From Halomicrobium mukohataei DSM 12286 (GTDB lineage Archaea; Halobacteriota; Halobacteria; Halobacteriales; Haloarculaceae): a stretch of 32,000 nt of DNA. The DNA lies in NCBI RefSeq assembly GCF_000023965.1, contig NC_013202.1, positions 1,290,001 to 1,322,000 of the forward strand, in the 5' to 3' direction. This document shows positions 1 to 7,553 of the stretch, one piece after another. Under the pieces are notes generated by a model that saw nothing but the letters and a program-made list of their open reading frames with translations, was not told the DNA's origin and searched no databases. How positions within the stretch are numbered: position 1 is the first letter of the stretch; each line of letters starts with the position of its first letter. The position numbers and the translations under genes were made by a program.

Positions 1-444
1 CGGGCGCGGCAGTTCGTGGGTCTCGCCCGCGGCGGTCACCTGCTTCTCCTGCATCGCTTCCAGCAGGGCGGCCTGTGTCTTCGGCGTCGCCCGGTTGATC
101 TCGTCGGCCAGCACGACGTTGGCGAACACCGGCCCCTTCTCGAAGACGAACTCGCGTCCGCTGTCGGTCTCGCGGATGATCTCGGTCCCCGTGATGTCGG
201 ACGGCATCAGGTCGGGGGTGTTCTGAATCCGGGAGAACTGGAGGTCGGTCACCGCCGCGACCGTCCGGACCATCGTCGTCTTTCCCAGCCCGGGGTTCGA
301 TTCGAGCAGGGCGTTGCCGTCGGCCAGGATACAGACGAGCAGTTGCTCCAGTACCTCCTCCTGTCCGACGATTCGCGTGCCGATCTGTTCACGTGCGTCC
401 GCGATCTTCCGCTGTAGCGCGTCGATGTCTTGCTCTGATCTCAT
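1..444 (-). CDS. MoxR-family AAA+ ATPase (first 148 codons; C-terminus lies beyond the left window edge)
   Basis: Absent from the ORF track because it is open at the window edge. Reverse translation from ATG 444-442 gives [90 protein letters not shown]...[23 protein letters not shown]. This shows Walker A (GLGKT), Walker B (LADEINRA) and the MoxR-typical [11 protein letters not shown] segment. The start overlaps the upstream stop (ATGA, 441-444). Confidence 0.9.
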   Translation of the reverse strand, partial: MRSEQDIDALQRKIADAREQIGTRIVGQEEVLEQLLVCILADGNALLESNPGLGKTTMVRTVAAVTDLQFSRIQNTPDLMPSDITGTEIIRETDSGREFVFEKGPVFANVVLADEINRATPKTQAALLEAMQEKQVTAAGETHELPRP

Positions 445-1391
445 TGGTCGGTGTCTCCGTCGTCAGCGTCTCGTTCTCTGATTCTGAGATTGTACTCGCG
501 GACGAGGGCCGCGTCCTCGATCTCTTCCTGGCCGGCGAACCCGGCCTGCCGGCTGTCGACCGTGCCGCTTGCGCTCCCCGGTCCGTCGGTGTCCGAGGAC
601 GGGAACTCCTGGCTTCGATCCACCTCCTGGTCGCCGCCAGTCGAGTCGATCTCGGCGGTGAGGTTCTCCTCGCCCGCCTGGACGTCCTCGCTGTCGCCGA
701 GTATGGCGTCACCGTCTTCGAGCCCCCCGTACTCGTCGGGTCCGTCGTCCGTCGATTCCGTCTCGACCGGGTCGCGGTCGAGCAGACTGACGTCGACGAC
801 GGCCACCTGCACTGTCGCCAGACTCACCAGGAGCACGACGACGAGCGTCCCGGCCAGCCGCCGGCTATCGACCAGTGCAGTGCTGGAACTCTGTTTCAGA
901 CCCGCAAGCACATCCTCGTAGAGCCGGGCCGCCATCCGCGTCTCGGCCCCGTCTTCGACGGCGTCTCGGGCCGTACGGAGCGCGTCGGTGACGTTCGCGT
1001 TGGCCGCCTCGAACTGCTCGACGAGAGGCTGGCGGACCCGGTACAGGTACTCGCCGAGGAGCCAGCCCCCTCCGAGAGCGATGCCGACGACCGCGCCCGC
1101 GGGGAGCGAGAGCGCCGGTATCGACCGGCCGACGGCGGCTCCGATCGGCTCCGTCATCGCCGCCGGAACCGACACCCGTGTCGGGAGTCCGGCCGGCGAG
1201 AGGGCAGTCAGGACGACGTTCGCCAGGAGAGCGACCAGCACCGCGTCGACGACGGCGTAGACGAACGCGGCCTTCTTGCCCTCGTATCTGACCTCGGCGA
1301 TGGCTGCGGCCATGCGCTCGCGTGCTCGTTCCCGTTCTTCTGTGGGCGGTTGGCCGCTCCGTTCGCCGGTGTCGGTGTCGAGTCCGTCCAT
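441..1391 (-). CDS. Membrane protein of the MoxR/vWA operon, function unknown
   Basis: 316-aa ORF with acidic N- and C-terminal tails around three hydrophobic helices ([61 protein letters not shown]). GC3-rich codons. Coupled on both sides: TGATG at 1389-1393 and ATGA at 441-444. No family recognised by eye. Confidence 0.7.
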   Translation of the reverse strand: MDGLDTDTGERSGQPPTEERERARERMAAAIAEVRYEGKKAAFVYAVVDAVLVALLANVVLTALSPAGLPTRVSVPAAMTEPIGAAVGRSIPALSLPAGAVVGIALGGGWLLGEYLYRVRQPLVEQFEAANANVTDALRTARDAVEDGAETRMAARLYEDVLAGLKQSSSTALVDSRRLAGTLVVVLLVSLATVQVAVVDVSLLDRDPVETESTDDGPDEYGGLEDGDAILGDSEDVQAGEENLTAEIDSTGGDQEVDRSQEFPSSDTDGPGSASGTVDSRQAGFAGQEEIEDAALVREYNLRIRERDADDGDTDQ

Positions 1392-2053
1392 CAGTAGTCC
1401 TCGCAGGTGGTTTTGTCCTGATTGTCCGGCTGGTCACAGAGCGTCTCGATGTCGTCTCGCAGCTCTCGGTTTCGGTTTTCGAGCTCCGCGACCTCGGTTT
1501 CGAGCGTCGTTATCTGTGACTCCAGGTCCTCGATCTCCGCTTGCAGGTCCGACACTTGGTCTTCGAGTTCGTCGCGCTCGTCGGCCAGCTCCTCGTTTTC
1601 CGTCTCCAGATCCTCGACCGTCGATTCGAGTTCGTCGACTTCCGTCTGGAGAGAGTCCCGCTTGTTCCGGAGGTAGCCAACTGTCCCCTCCAGCTCTTCG
1701 ACGCGGTCCTCGCTCTCGCGCAGCGACTGCCTGGTCTCTGCCAGCTGGCTTTCCGTGGCGTTCAACTGCGCTTCGGTCCGGTTCAGGTTCGTCGCGACCT
1801 GATCGACGTCTTTCGATCGCGTCTCCAGTCGCGCTTCGAGTTCGTCGACGCGGGCCTGGGTGGAGTCGAGTTCACCGCTGGTGTCGTCCAGGTTCTCACG
1901 GAGTTCGGCGTTTTCCTGTCTGAGTTCCTGATTCTGCGATCGCAGTTCGCTCGCGGAGTCCTGGTACAGCACCGTCGTCGCGCCGGTGCCGACCATCGAG
2001 AGGACGACGAGCGCCACGAGCCCGAGGTTGAGACGGCGGCCGATTGCGCTCAC
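1391..2053 (-). CDS. Membrane-anchored coiled-coil protein
   Basis: The ORF track gives 1391..2155, but its first 34 codons overlap the upstream gene. A GTG at 2053-2051 overlaps the upstream stop (GTGA) and yields (V)SAIGRRLNLGLVALVVLSMVGTGATTVLYQ, an N-terminal TM helix. About 170 aa of E/L/Q/R-rich heptad-like sequence follow (ELRSQNQELRQENAELRENL...LETEVAELENRNRELRDDIETL), ending in CDQPDNQDKTTCEDY. Confidence 0.7.
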   Translation of the reverse strand: MSAIGRRLNLGLVALVVLSMVGTGATTVLYQDSASELRSQNQELRQENAELRENLDDTSGELDSTQARVDELEARLETRSKDVDQVATNLNRTEAQLNATESQLAETRQSLRESEDRVEELEGTVGYLRNKRDSLQTEVDELESTVEDLETENEELADERDELEDQVSDLQAEIEDLESQITTLETEVAELENRNRELRDDIETLCDQPDNQDKTTCEDY

Positions 2054-4416
2054 GGGAGACCACTCTCCAGGGTGGTGCGACCGCGGTACACTTGAACGCG
2101 CCGGGCGACGACCTCGGCGGTGAACACCAGGAGCGCGCCGAGCAGGGCGACCCACTCCCAGTTCTCCCGGACGGTGCGGACGCGGGTGGACTTCTGTCGG
2201 GCCTGTCTGGCTATCTGTTCGCCCTCGTCCGGGCTGAACGTCTGGCCCCCCGTCCGTTCGACGAGCGCGTCGAGGCTGTCGCTCGGGCCGAAGGACGCGT
2301 ACTCGACGGGGTAGTTGGCCGCGTACTCGGTGTCGAGCACCGTCTGGTACCCCGCGTTCCGGGGCGTGAACTCGCCGCGATACCGACCATCGCCCACCTG
2401 ACGGACGGACACGTTCGCCGCGTCCGGGCGGCTGTCGCCCCGGTAGGTCAGTGTCGTCGGCCGCCCCACGCGGGCGTCGTCGACCGACGTGACGCCGGTC
2501 TGCGTACGCGTGGGATCGCCCACGGCGTAGTTGACCGACTTCGTGACGACCAGCGAGTCCGGCCGGTCGAGCAGACCGCCCATCGTGTTGTCCGAGTCGT
2601 AGGCGGTCAGAGAGACCACGCGGCCGAGACCGAACCGCCAGGAGGCGATCGCCGGCTTCCCGTCGGCGGTAGCGACCTGGTAGTCGGCCCCGGGCTTGAC
2701 GCGGACGTTGTTGGCTCGACCGGGATCGGCCGTCAGCTCGACGCCGGCAGTGATGAACGTGTCCTCGGTGACGACGGTGAGGTTCTCTCCCCGGTAGCGC
2801 CGCGAGGAGCCGCCAAAGAGGAGTCGCAGCCGCTCGGTCTCGTCGGCGGCGAAGTACGAGCCCCCCGACTCGCCGGCAATCTGGCGCATCGTCGGGACGC
2901 CGACGCGCTTGCCGACCCCGACCGAGACGACGCGCGTCCCTTCGCGGCCCAGCTGGTTTGCGACGGCCGCTGGCGGGCCCAGGCGGTCCTGGCCGTCACT
3001 GAGGAGGATGATCGTCCCTTCGCGGTCGCCCAGCAGCTCGTCGGCCCCCTGGAGGCCGACGGCGATGTCCGTCGCGCCGCCGCTCTCCAGTTGCCGTATC
3101 TTCTCGGCGGTCTCCGCCCGGTTCTGGCCGAGCGTTCGCAGCTCCGAGACGCGGTACGCGTTGTGGTTGAATGCGACGACGCCGACCCGGTTCTCGTCGC
3201 CGAGCTGATCGAGCACGTCCAGGGCGACGGCCTTCTGTATCGAGAGCCCGCTCTCGGCGCTACTGGATACGTCGACGAGGACGACGATGTTCGACTCGCC
3301 GCCGGTCGCGTTCCCGACCTGGACCGGGAGCATCGAGCCGATCGGCGACGTCTCGTAGCCGCCGTTCTCGTAGGCGTTGTCACCGCCTGCGACGACCAGC
3401 CCGCCGCCGTTGACGACGAACTCCTGGAGCGCGGTGGCGTTCCCCACGTCGCTCGCCGACGTGTCCTGCACGACGACGGCGGCGTAGTCGTCGAGCGCCG
3501 ACGGAACCGACGCTGCCGTCGTGACGTCGTACAGCGAGTCGAGGTAGTTCCGGAGGGGGTACTCGCCCCGTGAGACGTACAGCACGTCGGGCTGTTCGAC
3601 GACCCGGACGCTCCTGTAGAACACGTCGTTTCGGGCGTACTCGTCCTCGCCAGACAGCGTCGCGGTCACGCGGTGTGCCCCCAGCTCCTCGAACGTGTGA
3701 TCGACGGTGAGCGTTCCGTCCGGTCGAAGCTCGCCCTCAGTGACCGTCTCGCCGTCGATCGTCACCGTCACGGGCACGGGTTCGAAGACGCTCACACCCC
3801 GCATCGAGACGGTGTATTTGGTCTGGACGCCGCGGCTCACCGTCGAGGGCCCAGCTATCGCCACGGCTCGCTCGGTGCGTGGCGACCGAGGCGTGACGCC
3901 GTGGACGGTCGCGTCGAGCGCGTCGGCGTCGGCGGCGGCTGTCGACAGGCTCCGGCCCGCCGTGGCGCGACCGTCGGAAACGACGGCGATCGTGCCGTTC
4001 TCCCGGAGGTTCGCCGCCACGGCGTCACCGATCCGCGACTCGGACTCGCTGCCGACCGTCACTCGCGTCACCGGGACGCCCTCGTCTTCGATGTCCCGTA
4101 CCAGTTCGTCGGTCGTGTTCGGATAGATCCCCATGCTCGCGGATTCGTCTGTCAGCAGCGTCACGCCCGGCTCGCCCGGCGTCTCGCGGGTCTGGACGGT
4201 GTACGGTCCCATCGCCCCGAGGACGAGCAGGCAGACGACGAGTACGCGACTGGCCAGCAGGAGCCGACGGCTCCGGTTGGAGGCCGATCGGGGCCCGCCG
4301 CTCCCACGCCGGACCAGAGACGCGAGGACGCCGACCGCGATCGGCAGGACGAGCAGCGGCCAGAGGTGTTCGACGCCGACGGTGAGTCCGTCCGCGATGG
4401 TGGCGGAGACTCTCAT
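2050..4416 (-). CDS. Large membrane protein with two von Willebrand factor A (vWA) domains
   Basis: 788 aa. Has N-terminal TM helices and two DxSxS MIDAS-like motifs in vWA context (VTLLTDESASMG and NIVVLVDVSSSAESG...GGATDIAVGL...IILLSDGQD). A C-terminal TM helix follows (WEWVALLGALLVFTAEVVA). Start ATG overlaps the upstream stop (TGATG, 4414-4418). Confidence 0.8.
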   Translation of the reverse strand: MRVSATIADGLTVGVEHLWPLLVLPIAVGVLASLVRRGSGGPRSASNRSRRLLLASRVLVVCLLVLGAMGPYTVQTRETPGEPGVTLLTDESASMGIYPNTTDELVRDIEDEGVPVTRVTVGSESESRIGDAVAANLRENGTIAVVSDGRATAGRSLSTAAADADALDATVHGVTPRSPRTERAVAIAGPSTVSRGVQTKYTVSMRGVSVFEPVPVTVTIDGETVTEGELRPDGTLTVDHTFEELGAHRVTATLSGEDEYARNDVFYRSVRVVEQPDVLYVSRGEYPLRNYLDSLYDVTTAASVPSALDDYAAVVVQDTSASDVGNATALQEFVVNGGGLVVAGGDNAYENGGYETSPIGSMLPVQVGNATGGESNIVVLVDVSSSAESGLSIQKAVALDVLDQLGDENRVGVVAFNHNAYRVSELRTLGQNRAETAEKIRQLESGGATDIAVGLQGADELLGDREGTIILLSDGQDRLGPPAAVANQLGREGTRVVSVGVGKRVGVPTMRQIAGESGGSYFAADETERLRLLFGGSSRRYRGENLTVVTEDTFITAGVELTADPGRANNVRVKPGADYQVATADGKPAIASWRFGLGRVVSLTAYDSDNTMGGLLDRPDSLVVTKSVNYAVGDPTRTQTGVTSVDDARVGRPTTLTYRGDSRPDAANVSVRQVGDGRYRGEFTPRNAGYQTVLDTEYAANYPVEYASFGPSDSLDALVERTGGQTFSPDEGEQIARQARQKSTRVRTVRENWEWVALLGALLVFTAEVVARRVQVYRGRTTLESGLP

Positions 4417-6209
4417 CAGAGATCACCCCGTCGGCGAAGATAGCCGATCTCGGCCAGCACGAGCACCAGCCCGCCCAGTGCGAAGTACTCGGTCAACGGC
4501 TGTGGCACCGACCGCCGTTCGGTCCGGGTGAGGTTCCCGGCCGTCCCGGTGCGCCGATCGAGCGCTTCGATGGCGGTGTTCGACTCGCTCTCGTCCAGCA
4601 GCGACGCGCTCTCCTGCCGGCTCTCGCTCCGATAGTGGCCGGCTCGCTGGAGCGAGACTGCGTTGCCGGTGACGGAGCCGTCCGGCCCCTCCACGGTGGT
4701 GTTTCCGAACCGCACCGTCTCGCCGGTCTCGTGGTTCAGGGCCGGCAGCGGTTCCCTGTCCGCGAGGTAGTACACTGCCCGCTTCCAGAACACGGGATAC
4801 TGATAGTTGAACTTGAAGCTGGACCGATCCTCGATGTAGCCGTAGTACATGACGCGGCCACCGTCTCGGTCGTCGGTCGCGATCAGTGGCGTCCCGTCGC
4901 TCAACCCCACCTGGACCGAGCCCGAGCGCAGCGAGCCCGCAACGTACTCCTGTGGGGGCTGGAAGTCGATGCCGCGGGTGAGCTGTGTCTGTGCCGTCCG
5001 TGTCACTGTCGCGCCCGTTCGGGTCTCGCCGGGGTCGACGAGGAGGAGGTCCCGGTACCGCTGTGGGAGATCGTCCTGTGCCAGCACCGCCACGCCGCCA
5101 CCGTCTTCGACCAGTTCGCGCCCGGTTTCGACGTTGCCGGGCAACAGCGCGTTCGGGTCGACGTTGCTGTACAGGATGACGTCGTACTCGGCCTGGATCG
5201 TCGTCGGCGGCTGCCTGACCGTCACGTTCACCGCGTCGACCACCGACAGCGCGGTGGTGAGATACCGGTTCCGGTCGTTGGTCACCACCAGTACGTCGAC
5301 GGCCGCGTCCGGCGGCGCGGCGACGTAGACGCTGTCGTCCGTCGGGAAGCTGTCGCCCGGACCGAGCCGGGCCTCGCTCCCGCCGGCCGGGACCGGCATC
5401 GTCACCGAGCCGACGTCGTCGGGTCCGAGCTGCAGGTCGCGCTGGGCGTCGCCGAGCCGGACGGTCCGCGTGACGGTCGAGTCGCCGTAGTTTTTCACCG
5501 ACAGCGTCACCTCCGAGCCGGTGAACCGGCGGTCGACGAAGCCGACGTTCCCCCCGCCGCCGCGGTCGAACTGCCGGAGGTCGACGGAGAGGCCCCGTCC
5601 CCGCGCCGTCGTGACTGCGGTCGTCCACTCCTCGCCCGAGAAGTCGCTCAGAACGACGATCCTGCCGTTCTCACCGGCGAGCGACGCGGCCTGTGAGACA
5701 GCGCCGCCGAGCGTCCCCGGTGCATCTGTCGGGTCGAGCCCCGCCAGCGTCTCCCGAGCCGTCGTCGGCGTGCCCCGCTGGAGCAGCACCTCACCCCCGT
5801 CGGTCGTGGTAACGACAGAGGTCGACCCCGTCACCGCCCCTCGGGCGGCCGCGACGGCCCGCTGGAAGCGTGTCTCGCCGTCGGCCTCGGTCTGCATGGA
5901 CGCGCTCGTATCGACGACGACGACCGTCTCTTCGACCGTCGCCCGCTCGGAGACGGTGACGTACGGCGTCGCCAGTCCGACCGCGAGCACGAGCACGACG
6001 AGCACCTGCAACACCAGGAGGAGACTCCGTGAAATCCGTTCGAGAAACGGCGTCGACGACTGCTGGCGTTCACCGGCGACGAGAAACCGGAACGTCGGCA
6101 GCGTGAGCTCCTGTGGGTCCGGGCGAACGAGATACAACACCACGATCGGCACTGCCAGGAGGAGGGCCGCCAGTCCCAGAGGGGCGAGCAAAACGTCCGA
6201 GAGGACCAT
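4416..6209 (-). CDS. BatA-like protein: N-terminal double-TM domain plus vWA domain
   Basis: 597 aa. The N-terminus (LLAPLGLAALLLAVPIVVLYLVRP...SRSLLLVLQVLVVLVLAVGLATPY) resembles the aerotolerance-regulator (BatA) N-terminal double-transmembrane domain. It is followed directly by the vWA MIDAS motif VVVVDTSASMQ and a C-terminal TM helix (YFALGGLVLVLAEIGYL). First gene of the MoxR operon. Confidence 0.8.
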   Translation of the reverse strand: MVLSDVLLAPLGLAALLLAVPIVVLYLVRPDPQELTLPTFRFLVAGERQQSSTPFLERISRSLLLVLQVLVVLVLAVGLATPYVTVSERATVEETVVVVDTSASMQTEADGETRFQRAVAAARGAVTGSTSVVTTTDGGEVLLQRGTPTTARETLAGLDPTDAPGTLGGAVSQAASLAGENGRIVVLSDFSGEEWTTAVTTARGRGLSVDLRQFDRGGGGNVGFVDRRFTGSEVTLSVKNYGDSTVTRTVRLGDAQRDLQLGPDDVGSVTMPVPAGGSEARLGPGDSFPTDDSVYVAAPPDAAVDVLVVTNDRNRYLTTALSVVDAVNVTVRQPPTTIQAEYDVILYSNVDPNALLPGNVETGRELVEDGGGVAVLAQDDLPQRYRDLLLVDPGETRTGATVTRTAQTQLTRGIDFQPPQEYVAGSLRSGSVQVGLSDGTPLIATDDRDGGRVMYYGYIEDRSSFKFNYQYPVFWKRAVYYLADREPLPALNHETGETVRFGNTTVEGPDGSVTGNAVSLQRAGHYRSESRQESASLLDESESNTAIEALDRRTGTAGNLTRTERRSVPQPLTEYFALGGLVLVLAEIGYLRRRGDL

Positions 6210-6235
6210 TGTCGGTGTGTCGGACGGGGGGCAGC

Positions 6236-6246
6236 ATTTATTTTAT
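6236..6246 (-). promoter_or_regulatory. TATA-like box for the vWA/MoxR operon
   Basis: ATTTATTTTAT is centred about 32 nt upstream of the ATG at 6209, the usual spacing for leaderless haloarchaeal transcripts. Confidence 0.4.
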
Positions 6247-6444
6247 GCATTCAGTGACAGAACTCTGTGAGCGACGCCGTCACTCGACGGTGGCGAAGGC
6301 TCTCACGAAGCGACGGTCGACGGTATCAGTCGACCGGACGACGGCGGTCCCCGTCTCGACACCGAAGTGTGGCACCGGCACTCACGACTCACAATCTATC
6401 CACGATGACTGTGTTTAGCGCGGCTATAGAGTCGTCTCGTTTCG

Positions 6445-6915
6445 TTACTGCTCGTCAAGCATCCGGATGCCGCGCTCTACGACCGCCTCGGTCACGAAGA
6501 GACTCGTCTCACGCTGGAGTCTTCGCATGAGTGACGCCGCTTGGCTCCTGTCCAGTAATCCGCGGCCGTATCCCAGTGCGACGACTCCGATGGAACCGTG
6601 GACTTCGACGCCCGCGTCGGAAGCAGCCTCCCGAGCAGCGAAGTCGTCCGTCAGAAGCACCACTTCACACTCTTGTGCGACTGCTAACGCCGCACGTTCT
6701 CCTGCATCCAGCTCTTCGGATGTGACTCTCGTCTCGTCTGCTTCGACGAGTTCGTACGAGAATTCGGATACTCCCTCGGGAACGCCACCCGTCTCGACTT
6801 CCTCGTAGACCGTCTCCGGAATCAGGAGCCTATCGAACGCTGACAGTAGGTCGAGTGAGTCGATTTCGGCGAGGTGAATGAGTGGCCCGGCATCCGAGAC
6901 GGCCGCGAGCGTCAC
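6445..6915 (-). CDS. PIN-like nuclease toxin (DUF3368/COG2405-type)
   Basis: 156 aa with a GTG start at 6915-6913 overlapping the antitoxin stop (GTGA). AVSDAGPLIHLAEI...IPETVYEEV...VVLLTDDFAAREAA gives the conserved acidic residues of a PIN fold. Pairing with a UPF0175 gene is the classic arrangement for this family. Confidence 0.8.
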   Translation of the reverse strand: MTLAAVSDAGPLIHLAEIDSLDLLSAFDRLLIPETVYEEVETGGVPEGVSEFSYELVEADETRVTSEELDAGERAALAVAQECEVVLLTDDFAAREAASDAGVEVHGSIGVVALGYGRGLLDRSQAASLMRRLQRETSLFVTEAVVERGIRMLDEQ

Positions 6916-7163
6916 GCGTTCAGGCCCCAGTCGACGTCTTCCTCGACGACCTCACGCTCCCGTTCGGCACGCTCGACCCTCGTCCGACCGACGCGTTCGA
7001 TGGTTTCCTCGCGGTTGAGCTCTCCGTCGAAGTACTGTGCGAGTGCGAGATCCTCCCACAGATCTTCGAGACCGCGTTCGAGCGCGCGCTCGAAAACCTC
7101 GGACTCGGGAAGGCCCCGAGCCTCGGCGATTTCGCGAACGCGGTCGGAAAGTCCAGCAGCCAT
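6912..7163 (-). CDS. UPF0175-family antitoxin
   Basis: 83 aa, small and acidic (MAAGLSDRVREIAEARGLPESEVFERALERGLEDLWEDLALAQYFDGELNREETIERVG...), typical of UPF0175/COG2886. Lies immediately upstream of, and overlapping, the PIN gene. Confidence 0.8.
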   Translation of the reverse strand: MAAGLSDRVREIAEARGLPESEVFERALERGLEDLWEDLALAQYFDGELNREETIERVGRTRVERAEREREVVEEDVDWGLNA

Positions 7164-7188
7164 ACCGCATGTTTGCTCCGCGCCCTCC

Positions 7189-7194
7189 TTAAAT
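7189..7194 (-). promoter_or_regulatory. TATA-like box of the toxin-antitoxin operon
   Basis: ATTTAA on the minus strand is centred about 28 nt upstream of the antitoxin ATG (7163). Confidence 0.4.
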
Positions 7195-7215
7195 CCGCGT
7201 TTGCTTGCCCGTCGA

Positions 7216-7500
7216 GGTAGTGTTCAGATACGCTGATTCCATGCAAAGCTGAACGATCTGAGTCAGCCGTCAGCTGTGTCTGGATCGACAGCGGCGTACA
7301 GCCAATACTGCTCGTCATCGATTTGGATCACAGCGGACGATTGTGCACACGAACGACGGCCCGCTTCACACGCCGGAGAACAGAGCTCAAACGCGTCGAA
7401 CGCACCGTCGATCCATCGAGAGACAAGTCTGGCTGATACCGTCGTGAATCACAGGGACTGGCAGTCAGTCATAGGATTTTCCGCTCGCCGCCCGACCAGC
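7216..7500. mobile_element. Decayed IS6-family insertion sequence (one terminal inverted repeat plus transposase fragments)
   Basis: GGTAGTGTTCAGATA at 7216-7230 is identical to the first 15 nt of the 17-nt left terminal repeat of the MITE at 9212 (they diverge at nt 16-17). It starts with GG as IS6-family ends do. Frameshifted IS6-type transposase fragments lie just inside it. No second end was found before the LPMO gene. Confidence 0.6.
7263..7500 (-). pseudogene. IS6-family DDE transposase pseudogene (frameshifted, internally deleted)
   Basis: Minus-strand translation of 7331-7263 gives VIQIDDEQYWLYAAVDPDTADG*. This resembles the region after the first catalytic Asp of IS6 transposases (compare IS26 VDETYVKVNGRW.YLYRAID). 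Further upstream, in other frames, lie ..DCQSL / VIHD / YQPDLSLDG.., resembling the helix-turn-helix segment of haloarchaeal IS6 transposases as I recall them. At least two frame changes are present and everything after the first Asp region is missing. Confidence 0.55.
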
Positions 7501-7506
7501 AACTGT

Positions 7507-7512
7507 AAAAAA
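7507..7512 (-). terminator. Oligo-T tract downstream of the LPMO gene
   Basis: The minus strand reads CCTTTTTTACA about 40 nt after the stop at 7554. Archaeal termination commonly uses T-runs. Confidence 0.35.
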
Positions 7513-7553
7513 GGAGTCGATTCGCTTCTTCCGGTGGAAATGTTACCTTCTCA

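Noticed and set aside
292-306. GGGGTTCGATTCGAG, a tRNA T-arm-like sequence.
   Set aside because: It lies inside the MoxR Walker-A coding region (ESNPGLGKT on the opposite strand), with no acceptor or anticodon arms around it.
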